From positions 6,820,001 to 6,884,000 of the forward strand of contig CM022679.1 in assembly GCA_012295275.1 (NCBI GenBank): DNA of 64,000 bases, in the 5' to 3' direction. The DNA comes from Chrysomallon squamiferum. Taxonomy: Eukaryota; Animalia; Mollusca. Below the pieces are notes generated by a model. The model worked only from the letters and a program-made list of their open reading frames with translations. It was not told where the DNA came from and did not search any database. Below are positions 1 to 39,343 of this stretch, one piece after another (the stretch's first letter is position 1; each line of letters opens with the position of its first letter). A program made the position numbers and the translations under genes.

Positions 1-471
1 ATTAAGCAACACAATAACTTGGGATTCCTAATAGCAAGGTGCAAATTATGAAAATTTAGTTTTTGTTGAAATTATTTGCTAAAGGGCTTAGTAGTACTAT
101 CTGGATCTGTTTACAATTTTTAAAACAAAAAAAACATATATCCTGAAACTTTGAGTATGGATAAGATCTATTAATAATGTGAGAGAGATCTCATATGCTC
201 TTAAAGTTAACATTCCCATTTGTATTTGTGGATAAGATCTATTCATAATAAGATTTCCTGTATTCTCTTAAAGTTAATTTTTTGTATATTAAGCTGTACA
301 GTTTTAACGTTAAAAACTTAAAGTAATATATTTGTTAGCTAATATTATATAGCCAAGATGGTTTCAGATTTAGCTTTCTACATGTTTCATTAGAATAAAT
401 ATGAATTTAATTGACATGATACACTTAAAATACATGTTTTGTTTTATTATTATATGACTCTTTTTTTTTAG

Positions 472-27067
<26,596 letters not shown>

Positions 27068-28490
27068 AAAAAACATCTTCCATCAATAATTTAAAGTTGA
27101 TTAAGATATTTTTCTTTTATTAGCATCTAACAATTTTTTTTTTTTGTTAGTAAATGCATGGAGGATATAAAAAGTTTTGTCATTAATGTTCGTGTATATT
27201 TTTATATGTTTTTATATATATATATATTATATATATAAAATTTCATTTATTCTTTTCTTTAATATCTAAAATAAAAAAAATTCCACTCAACTTACAAACA
27301 GGTAATGAAACCTTTAATAAAAGAGTGAAAAAAAAAAAGAGGACAAAAGGAACCAAGTGCAAAAAAAGTAATATTTTATTTTCATAACAACATTTTTTAA
27401 TAATTTAATTTATTTTTTACATATTTACTTGAAAAAGGTTGATGCAAATGTGAGAAAATAAATAATGTTGATTATTAAATTTTTAAAATTCATTTAAAAG
27501 AATGTTGTCATGAATAATTAATGTTAATAACTGTTTTACACCAAATGTATTAGCTTTCATCTATGACATCCCATTTTTTAGGGACTGAAAATAGTAGCAG
27601 ATAAGACATTTCCTTTTATGTCATTAATAAATAGTTTTAATGTTAGCTTTACAAACTTCCATGCTTGTATACAAATGGAAATATATTATCCTCAATATCT
27701 TTGTTATGTCATTTTTAAGTTTTAAATGAAATGTTAAACAGACATTTTATTAGTTTTCACCACAACATAAATAAATAGTACAGTTTTAAATGTATATATC
27801 TTTATGAGTTATTATTATAGGCATTTTCTTCTTTGGAAAATATATATGTATATATATAAAGATAGAATATGTATCTGATGCAATAAAGTACATTTTAAAA
27901 GTATTTAGGTTGTTGAATTATTACTTTTGCAAACATACAGCTTAACTGTATTAGTAACTAGAGAATTAAGTGTTTGTTGTTGTTATTGTTCTGTATCAGC
28001 ACCAGCTTCATAGTATTCCAGAATTAGTGTTCATATTTAAAACAATTTTCAGAGAGTTACAAGATAATTGGAAGAACCCTGATGTTTAAAATGTCAGACC
28101 GGAATTTATATTGATCTAATTACAGACTAAACAGAACATTACAATAAAATATTGAATATAAAAAATTATAATCGGTTTTATTTATTTATTTATATAATTA
28201 TGTAATCGAAATCTAAATATTTAAAAATTATAATAAATGTACATCAGTAACTTAAGGTATTTATGGCACAGGTAAATCTAAATAAATGAACAAATAAAGA
28301 AATAAAATTCTTTTAACACTATTTTAACAAAATAATGTTAGATTACTGGAGACTTAGTCTTTCTATTTCAGTTGCTCTAACGTAAAATAGAGTTATTCCC
28401 CTTAGACCGTGAATGTGCAAAATAGCTCNTAGCCATTAATTAAACGTTTTTTCAAAACATAATAGTAATAACACTTAATAGTAATAACAC

Positions 28491-28494
<4 letters not shown>

Positions 28495-28546
<52 letters not shown>

Positions 28547-28557
28547 AATAAATAAAT
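28495..28557. repeat. (AAT)n / (AAAT)n microsatellite
   Basis: Directly visible. Confidence 0.9.
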
Positions 28558-29988
28558 TTATGATGCTTCAGTTAGTATAAAATAGAGCTATTACACCATA
28601 CATTTATGAAATAGCTCACTTAATTACATCATCGTTTAAATTTTCTTGGAAGTGAAAATAAGAAAATAATTAAAATAACACATTTGAGGATCGTGGAATT
28701 TTACGTTTTCTGCCAAAAACTGTTAATACTATTCTGATCAAATAGGAAAGAACAAGGCATAACACTGATGACATGTACCATATTTGCTAGCACTGAGTGG
28801 AACAGGAAATAACCCTTTGTTATAAAACATTTTAAGTGAAATTAAATACTTATTTATTCTAAATCTACTGAATCCCAGTTTTAATAACTTTAATTTCAGT
28901 ATTTATTATCTGTATTAAATATATGTATGTGTAAACAATATTATTTTTAGTATTTAACTACATGCAAAGTAGGCCAACAGATGAGAATTTATGAAATGAA
29001 AATTTTAACTAAACAAATAATAAATAAATAAATAAATAATAATAATAAGTAAGTGAAGGAGATCTTTAAATGAATAAAACAAACATAAAATGTCAAAATA
29101 ATTTATTATTAGTCTTTGTCTTACAAATAACCATTTCACATTTCCATATCCCACACTAACATAAAAAATTCAATAAAGCAAATCTAAAACACTAATATCA
29201 CAAAAATGTTTGTATTTTAAAGTTCAAACACAATTGAAAAATGTCATTTACTTTTTTGGCAATCTCAGTTTTGATTTAAATTACATAACAAATATTTGAC
29301 AATCACTTTTACATGTTGCTTAATAACATATCTTAAACAGAACTGAAATTTTTTAAATTTAGTTAAAGCCAGAATTATGAATAAATATATACAACAAGAA
29401 CTTGATTTAACACTTTTGCATAGAGTACTTTCACTTTCTAGCAAGAGAAAGCAATATTAAGTTAAAAAATAAACTGTTACACTTTTAAATTATTTAATAA
29501 CAGTGCATGTAATTATACATGATAATTCATAACACTCTGTAACAAGAAATGATTCTGAAAGGCACAAATACAATTCTTTCATCTGTAGAAGTATAACAAC
29601 TAAAACTGATGTGATTTTAATAAATTTTGCATTTTTGCATGTTATTATGTGACTGAAAAAATAAACAAATTATTTATATAACAAAACAAATTTTGAATAC
29701 TGTCATGTAAAGTGTAATTTTAAAAATTCCAATACATTACATTTATACATAAATGCATTTTTATAAAAAAAATAGAAAAAGAATACTAGCAACAGAAAAT
29801 ATAAAAGCATTTTTGAAAGTCCTAAAAATGTATAAATGGTATAAAATAATCACTCAACAAACTTGTTAGTGTGTTTGTAACTGGTGAAGTGTGAAAAGTG
29901 TTGATATGTAGACACACACACAATACTGTTGTTAAATAGTAAGTGTAACTAATTTATTCTTAGCTTCTTAGTTAAAATTTCATCTTTG

Positions 29989-30078
29989 CAGTCAACCTTG
30001 TTAGAGTTTCATCCACCACCAAATGTTCCACAAAGGCTTGAATTTGATAGCTTCATATATCTTCAACAAACTTGACTG
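29989..30078 (-). promoter_or_regulatory. SECIS element in the MsrB1 3' UTR
   Basis: On the minus strand, helix I CAGUCAA-g-UUUGUUG pairs with UAACAAG-g-UUGACUG. The core is AUGAA (30056-30052) opposite GGAU (30014-30011). The 10-bp helix II is GCUAUCAAAU/AUUUGGUGGU. The apical region UC-AA-GCC-UUUGU-GG-AAC is type II-like. Confidence 0.9.
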
Positions 30079-30655
30079 AAAGAGTAAATTTATACTGAGA
30101 AACTCATCACTTGCCCAGAAGAGAGAGAGAGAGAAAAAAAAATATATATATATATATAAATAAAATTAAAAAATAATATTTAATTAAAATAAAAATAAAA
30201 AACAGTTACAAAAAGTAAACAAAAAAATAAAATAAATGCATGTAATAACTTCCACTGCTTTACTAAGAAAATAATAAAAAGAAAAAAACCCCAGCATTTG
30301 TTCTTACAATGGGGATTGTTCACACCCAACTTAAATCTCTAAATTCAATATGTTGGACATTACAAACAATCCTTATTTTTCACAATATTAGAAATTTATA
30401 TTTGACATTACAAAATATATGTAAATATACTTAAATACAACGTTCAGCAAACATTTAGAGCAATATTCTAAATTCCTTTAAAAATATGAAAACTGGTTTT
30501 GTCCTGTGATATGAACTGTGGACTTTAGTAATCAAATGTGGTTTACTGTATAAACTGCTCTCCTGAACCACTGTAACTGTTCAGATTTCTTGTCTCTGTG
30601 TCTGGTAACTTCTAATGGCTATCCTGGGCAAATGGGTATGTTAGTCTCTTGATTT

Positions 30656-31635
30656 TCACTTGTCTGAAATGATATATATTATGAAATACAGAGTTTCAGA
30701 TCAAATTAGGACATGAATTATTTATTTATTCATTCAATTGGTAAATCTGAAAAATGTTTCTGTTTCAAAACAATTGTCTTGTATGTTTCTTCTTTACGAT
30801 TATACATTTAATAAAACATTAAAATGGAGCTTGTCATGGAATCATAAATATATTTAGAGCAAAAAAAAAAAAAAAAATGATTGGATTGTCAAAGCAAATT
30901 TAATTTAATATAATTTGAAATTATTTATCATTTATTAAACTGAGGAAAAATATTTATGAACAATGTGTTAAACACAGACACACATCTATGACAAAAAAAT
31001 AAAAATGATTTCATTTATCTGAAAAAATTATTAAGTAAAATGTAGAACATTTCACTGTTTGGAAAAAAAAATTATAATAATAAAAAAAAATTTCATTTTA
31101 AATTTTTCTTTAAACTGTCAGTATTTAAAGAAGTGTTTGAAATGTCCTGAATGTTAATTTGATGCCTCAGATGTATGGAACAAGTAAGTTCTTGTATACA
31201 TCAGATGATGCTTTCATAATGACTTTAGTTATAAAATAATGTTGTCAAAAAAGAAGTAGAGGTGAAAACATAACATATTCTCTTATTCCGTCCATGGCTA
31301 AACAGAGCAGCACTTACCATGAGGAATAAATTTTAATGTTTCACTAAACACTCAGAACCGTGATGAACCTTTGTCTGGCCCTTCACCCAAAAACTCGTGA
31401 CCAAGTCCAGCCCCACACTGACTACAAAGTATCTGAAAATAAGTACACGATTTAGTTAGTCCAAAGTCCAAAACTGATACAAAAGGTACAAAATACAGAC
31501 ATTATAAATACATTATATTTGATTTAGTAGTTTCAACAGATAAATTACATATATTATAGCATATAAATATATAAACCATTTTATTATTTCTATTATTAAA
31601 GATGAATACATGTTCATATCAGATATACATTTCTT

Positions 31636-31677
<42 letters not shown>

Positions 31678-33341
31678 TCCAGACTTCTGGGTAACTTCTG
31701 ATAATGTTACAGATAACAAAAAAAAATAGTAAGCTAAACCAATGAATGTTATCTCTAAGTGTGAACAAATAAATAAATAAAATAAAATAAAATATAGCTT
31801 ATGAGCTATGTGTCTTCTGGGAGGAAACAATAATGCTGGGTATTAGATTATTACCTTTCAGTGCTTTCACACCCAGTGCTAATGTACATTCATCAAAATC
31901 TGATAAAATATTTGTTTTGCATGAAATACTGAAGGGAAAATGAAAATGAAAAACCGGACTTGGATAAACACCAGATCATGTGTTTTTTTTATGAATGTTC
32001 ATTGATTTTTTTAACAATTTCTTGAAAATTCAAAGATATTTAAATATTTAGATTTGACAACTTTAAACTGTTGGACTTTTATGGGTTTAAGGATCTGTGA
32101 GAATCATATAACAAACACATTTTTAAATCAAAGTGAATGATACTCCTTTGACATTACACTTTCCTAATAAAACTATTTTGTTTGAGAATTAACTAACTTC
32201 TGTTCATATCAGTAGTTTAATATCATGTAAATAAAATGTTCTAGTTTAACATTTTGTTTTTCTTCAAATTATATGAAAAAGAACTGTTAGAAATTAATGC
32301 AAACCTTGAAAACAGCTGAAGATTCAGGTCTTCTGATGATGCTATCAGGATGGACTAAATTACTGAATGCTGGCCATGGAGACTGATGTCTGAATTTTGA
32401 ACTGCTGTGAAAAAGTTCATTTCCACATTGAGAACACACATATAAACCTGAAATAGAACCAGCAAAACAAATATTTTTAACACAAATTTAAACACACACA
32501 ACCACACCTTGACAGAAATTATTAGTTGTATTAGTAAATTATAAACTATCAAGAACTGCTAAGTAAGGCACTATATAACTGATTAATATTTTTAAATATT
32601 TTGTTTATAGGTTGGTTCTGGTTTGGAAAATCCATTTCATGAGACAGAAATTTTATTTGAGCTAATTTCATGCTTTTCTTCAATAACTATTACATTCTAA
32701 ATTAGAGTTGGTATATATACCACTTGCCATGGATATGAAATCACATATAATTAGTTACTGACACATCAGTTATGAAGGAAAGTTCATGAAATAGTTTTTT
32801 AAAACCATACACAGTTAGATTAATGTAGAGCCAGTTTGAAGACAAATATATAATTTATGATATTTAATATGAATACAGAAGCTTATGTCCTTATCTTTTT
32901 CTTTCAGATTATCATCCAAGTCTGAGTGATACATAAATAAGAAATGAAGAAGACGACAAAACGTCTGGTACAGTATTGGACAAAAGTCAACCATTTAAAA
33001 TGTTATAAAACATTTCCATGTCTTGATCTTCTCCAGAAATGGTGATAGCTTTTTAAAGATTTATGTCAGTCTTTTTCTTTATGAACATCATTAACATGTA
33101 TTAAAATAAAACTTATTTTCTGTTATATTAATAACTATTGATATGTAACTGATATCATGAAGTGACACCATTTATTTCATCACGTTTGCTAAGATTATAT
33201 CATTATTTCTTATGAATTGTATAGTATGTTTTTTATGTAAAGCCTAACACTGCAAATTAATCGTATTTTACACGTTTATTACATACCTTTTTCGAAATGA
33301 TTTCGATATTTTTCACCGGAAAACCAGCTACAGAATGACAT
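30656..33341 (-). CDS. MSRB1: Methionine-R-sulfoxide reductase B1 (selenoprotein R/X), 106 aa, Sec at residue 93
   Basis: Exons 33341-33287, 32447-32305, 31432-31318 and 30663-30656 splice to [106 protein letters not shown]. It has two CxxC zinc motifs, Cys4, and an in-frame TGA at 31354-31352 in the RF-U-xFS motif. Confidence 0.96.
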
Positions 33342-33602
33342 TTTTATTTTACCTTTATAACCACAGATTTAAACGTTTTTCAAAATACATTTCACTGAAT
33401 CAAAGCAGTCTAATTGAAACGGGCACTTGTTTACGAAACTTGCGATGTCGATCGTAATAATTTATTATTCGTTGTTTAAAGATTATCGATAGGAAATATA
33501 TTAAAAATAATGCAATATTCAATTAAAATCAAATATGCTGAACATTATCAAAATAAAATACTAATGTGCGGTATTTGACATACGGTTACTAAAGTAAACA
33601 AT
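33342..33602. promoter_or_regulatory. Short bidirectional promoter region between MSRB1 and the FAM227 gene
   Basis: The divergent ATGs are 261 bp apart and CpG is locally enriched. Forkhead-type TGTTTAC (33428-33434) and GTAAACA (33594-33600) are present, plus an X-box-like GTTACTAAAGTAAAC (33585-33599). Confidence 0.65.
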
Positions 33603-35921
33603 ATGGCGTCCGAATACATTAATCGTATTGCTTCGCCTATGGAATTATGTTTAGAAACGTTTGATGAAGCACAAAATACAATATTGGATCGAAAGCGTAC
33701 CCTAGAGGTTAGACAGAAAATACGATCACGTATCCTTTTCTTGCTTTAGATCATTTTCTGCCGGTGAAAACAAATATTTGTTATAACCGTCAATATAATT
33801 CAGTATTATATCTTATGCCTATGTATTTCCGAGGAATAATAATAATAATAATAATAATAATTTTTCAAATAAACTAATATTTAAATTTGATTTCTTATTA
33901 GATTAAAATTATAATATATTAAAAACATAATTATAATTAAATACTAAATGTTTTTAAATTTAAAGTTGTCATAAAAAAAAATTATAATTTTTTTTTTTTT
34001 TTTACATAGTGTTTTTCTTAACACAGGTGTCAGCATTTTTAATAGGATCCATTGATGAAGTTAATCAAAGGATAAGCAAATTAGAACATAAACTTCAGGG
34101 ATACACAGAACTTGTTTGTGAAAGCAGAGCATCTTCTGATCAGCAAGATGATGCAGATGCAGTGGTTTGGAATACTTTTGACAGGGAGACTTACCAAGCT
34201 AGAGGTGAGACAACCATTGTAGATTTAAATGCAGAAAATTAATAATAATAATAATAATAATAAAATGCTGTTTGCTTATGTACATATTTATCATCATAGC
34301 AAAAATTTGTAATCTTCCAGATATGGGTCAGAACCAATAAACAAAAAGCCAATAAAACAAAACAGTCCAAAACAACAGCAATCCCCTACTTGAATATACA
34401 TGAAAAATACTCATCTAAATGTTGTGAAGACATAATATATGATTCTCATAAACATACATTTTATTTATTTATTTATTTATTTATTTTTGTGATCTGTTTC
34501 TGCAAAATTTTGAAAAATATATTTATATCATTTTCGGTATATATATATATAATTCTGTTTTGTAGAAAAAAAGACCAAAGAGGTGAATCAGTTTGCTGGA
34601 ATCTATACACTCAAGTCAAGTAAGTATAAGAATCAGCTGATTTCAGATATACTTTGTTAACCATTTAATATATGTGGTATGTAACCCCAGAACAATGACC
34701 ATTTCAGCTACTGGGTTTAATAACATTACACAGAATATTGTATATCACTGGTAAACCATTTGTCTGAAAGTGTGATAAGTAACATGATTAGGCCTCTTTA
34801 CATCCCATTTTTCCTTTTCCAGCAAGTGTTCCACAATACATCTCTGTGTTTAGTTTAACTGTCTATGGAGGATTCTTAATAAAAACAATATAATTGATGA
34901 ACATAGCTTAAAGAGAGTACTGGTTTGTTCATTCACACAAAAAAAATTAATAATAAAATAGAATTAATGAAATGAAAAAATGAAATAAATGAATTAATAT
35001 ATATATATAAAAAACAACTATCCAACCATGTATCTATTTATCTATCTATCTGTTTTTATATAATAATAAATTTAAGAAATCAATACCATTAATGTGTGTG
35101 TGTGTGTGTGTGTGAGTGTTTGTGTTTATGTATTCTTATGTAAATGTTTATAAATTCATTTATTGTCACTTTATTTATTAGGAGGAATGCTGGAGAATTT
35201 TCAAATATCATTTAATTAAAAATAAATTCATGAAATATTGTTATATTTATTGCTTTTCTTTCCTTATGGTTTAACACAAAATATATTTTATGATTACATG
35301 AATGATTTTTGAAATATATAGATATATAGATATATATATATAAAATATTTTTCACTAGAAAATAATAATTTTATTTATTTCAGCTTTTGTACCAGGCCTG
35401 ACTTCAAGAGTTCGAAACATTTCTAAAATTAGTATGAATCCTACTAAATCAACTCAGGTAAATCAGTAATTTAATTATACAGAATCATTAGTCAAAATTT
35501 AAATAAAAAAAAAAAAAAAAAGAAAAAAAGAAGATTAAAATAGAAACAAAAGAAGTAATTAAAAAACCCACACATACATACAAAAATCAAAACCAAATGT
35601 TTTGGTTAGTTTATTTTTTTTTTTAACTTATATATATTGTTTTTAATTTTTAAATTTACATTAAAAAATAATTCACTAATTATCAAAGATATATTTATTA
35701 TATAAATAGACCTTTATTTTTTTGGATTATCTAAACATTAAGAGTTATTTATTTATTTCAGACAAAGAAGGATACTGGAAAGCCAAAATTTGTTGAGGTT
35801 TGTTTTGTAAATTATTTATAGAAAGAATATGTTTATATTATTAGTGATTCATTTCTAGTTTTATATATTTTGTTAAAATAATCTCTGCAAATATTACTTT
35901 ATTATCGTAGTTGTTGTTGTT

Positions 35922-35975
<54 letters not shown>

Positions 35976-38900
35976 TATTATTATTATTATTATTATTATT
36001 ATTTTATTTATTTGATTATTATTATTACTGTACTAAATGGACTTTCAATCCTCCGTTATCAGCTTCACCAATACCCAGGCTATGATCCTACAGAGTTAAC
36101 TCCCCTACCTGATGATCTTGACCCTGCAGACATGCTTAGAAAAGCTGCTGATGCATCAATGAATTTAGATAAAAAGGTTTTTATCATTACATTACATTTC
36201 TCTGTATCTGTGTAACTTTAAGGCACATGTTTATTATTTAAAATTATTCATCAGTGTCTTTTGATGTACACTTTAAAAAGTATTTTATAATTACAGAGTA
36301 AAATAAAAATATGTTCCATTGTTTAAATTTTATATATTAAGTATGATTTAAAATTTGAAAAGTATATATATATATGATCATGTAAATAAAAGTGTTTGCT
36401 TTTTCTGTTGCTGTTAATTATTAAGTACATATATAAATAGAAAGAAACAAGCTGATATATGTGTACCAAGGATAATATTTCTCTTTTTTACATCATGATA
36501 AAATATTAAAATGTCAATATCATCTAATATATTCTGGATGTATATGATTTAACAAAATATTTTTTACTCATGTTAATATTTCCTTTTTATTAACTGATAT
36601 ATGCATGATTATGTATAAACTGTATTATTTTATTAATTTTTTTTTATTAATTTATTATAATAATAATAATATTATAATAATAATAATAATTATTATTATT
36701 ATTATTTTTATTATTATTATTTTATTTATTTATTTTTTATTTTTTTTTTTTTTGTCAGCCTCAATTTAGACCTGCATTTGAAAAACTGTTCTATTCAGAG
36801 CTGTCTCAAGCAATATTACAGGTATCATTTGTTTTCATAATTTAAATACTTAAGATAAATGATTTCATAATAATATTTAAATACAATATCAAAATTATAA
36901 ATAATAGTTAAATACTGTTCTGTAACAAGTATAATTATTAAATTTTTGTATATTCACTAATTTATTATAAACTGTATTTTTGGGGTACTAATTTCTTTTC
37001 AGGACATATTTTGGTACTACTTTCTGGAAAAGTTCCAGTCTAGTCGTAATTCTCAGATGAAACTGTTTAATCGTGTTGCTCACAATTATGTACAGTTAAT
37101 GATTTATGCCAAAGATCCACTTTATCATGAAACGTTCTTCAAGGTTAGTACAGCACACAAACATATTTGTATTTCAGGTATCTTCCTCTGGACTATCTTC
37201 TCTTCAAGCTTATGCACTATGATATAAAAGAACCTTTGTTACTAGCTGTAAAAGAAAGTCATTATATTTTAGAAAAAGGTCTCTCCTGTCATTATCTGTT
37301 CCATCCTTTATCTTATTCAAATAAATTTACACCAATTTTGTTTTTGTATATCATTAAATAAAACATTGTATTCTGTTATTTCTCTTTTAGAAATATATAT
37401 TTTAATTTCTGATTCTGTTGTTATTTTTTTTCACTGACCTTATTACAAAAATTCAATATTATTACTGGAAACAAGGAGTAACATTAATTTTTTTAAAATT
37501 AAGATATATATATATATATCGCCTATATATTTTACATGGAAAAAAATAAATGCATTAAAAAATAGTGATCAAAAATGAATTATCTCCAAAGATTATATTA
37601 TTAGTTATAATCGCCAGTTTGACATCAGATTGGTTTAGCCAGTCAATAAACAATTAATATGATTTTTTTAGTTCTTTGTTTTATTATATTTTACAAATAT
37701 GTTTCCTTTATCTGATTTTGTTAGACCTTCCCAATGCTGATGGCTCAGTCTGTATATGCATGCATGTGTTATGCATTTTCTGACTCCTATCTTCAGTTTG
37801 GTGAATCATTCAAGAATGATTTGGTGTCACTGGTTATGGAATGGATGACAGGTTGGTTTAGAAAAAAGATCAGATAAATAATTTCACAATATTATTTATA
37901 GTCATTTGATTCTTATCTGCTTTAGGGAAACTTTAAGTTTAAGAACTAAAATTGAAGTGTCTGACTTTTAAGTATTGTTTTAAATGTGTTTGAAGTGGTA
38001 AAACTTTCAGTATTTTTCTACGTGAATACTATAATAAATACTGATATCTTATTTATACATTTTAGGGCTACATCCACCACCTCGTTGTTGGTTAAACTGG
38101 GACTTTGAAAAACTGGAGCCACCTAATATGAAAACAAGAGAGGAAATGACTAACAACACAAAAAAATGTTAGCACACATTTCATCCTATTACATACTTAC
38201 ATATCTGAAAAAGAATTTAATTTCTTTTATGTACATTTTTGTATTTGTCTGCACACACACACACACACACACACACACTATTTGAACATGTTTACTTGTG
38301 TAAATGTACCTGTTTATACATACATAAAAATAAAGGTACATAAAGTAAGGTACCTGGAAATATCATTAAAAAGTAAATTAATTGAATCAGTTTATACAAA
38401 AATTTTAAAGTGCTATGGATCAGTTTAATTATCCATCAATGAAAACAGTTTTAAAACACAGTATATCATTTATTTTAACAGCCACTACTCTAAGATTTGA
38501 TTTGACTAAACTGTTTTAAAACACATTATCTTTTTATCTGCAGCCTCTTTACGGGTGGACTTTGACTACCTCGACTCCCTCATATCACCTAACCCTGGCA
38601 GTCAATACACGTCAGATGCATCTCTGAACCAGTCAAAATCATCAGTGTCTTCAAGATGTGGGTCAGCACGACGACATGTGCCACGTGGTACCCGTGCAAA
38701 ACGGTGTGGATACACAGGTGCTAAATCTATGTCAACATCGTCATCGCAAGATAACAGTATTATAGAAATGGTAGACAGTGCCCAGGGAAGTCCAAGAAGA
38801 AATGTTCATAAGACACAGGATTCCCGAAAGCAGACAGAGGCTCTTCCATCAATCAGAGAGACTGTAGAAGATGATGATTCCAGTGAATACCAGAAACTTC

Positions 38901-39259
38901 AGCAGACATCAAGGTCCAAAATCTCATTGAGAGGAGGAAAAGACGTTCAGAGAGTGGATGTAAGATACATGTTAATCAAACACAATTCACTATAACATTA
39001 ACATAGTTGCCTATTTTGGCTAGCAGGTCTCACATTTTAAAACCTTTGATTGATAAATGTATTGCAGTATGTATTTGATGTTTTATAATAAATATGAAAA
39101 TTATATAAATATTCAGTAATATATATTTTTTTTTTTTGCAGATAATTTTGATGAATAGAAATATTAAGGCATTCCTTTGTAATTATTTATTTTATATTTA
39201 GATAAGAAATAAATATTAAGAAAAAGGAAAGATTTGGGATAAAACCTTATTACAGATAT

Positions 39260-39343
<84 letters not shown>

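Noticed and set aside
28429-28429. Single N base
   Set aside because: An assembly ambiguity or gap marker, not biology. Contiguity across it is unverified.
31352-31354. TGA read as a premature stop (MsrB1 pseudogene)
   Set aside because: It aligns with the catalytic Sec, conservation continues after it, and a SECIS is present.
31855-31899. 45-nt AG...GT-bounded segment in MsrB1 intron 2 (minus strand), a possible cassette or poison exon
   Set aside because: Its open frame is phase 1 whereas the intron is phase 0. Inclusion gives an early TAG, and such splice-like pairs are common by chance.
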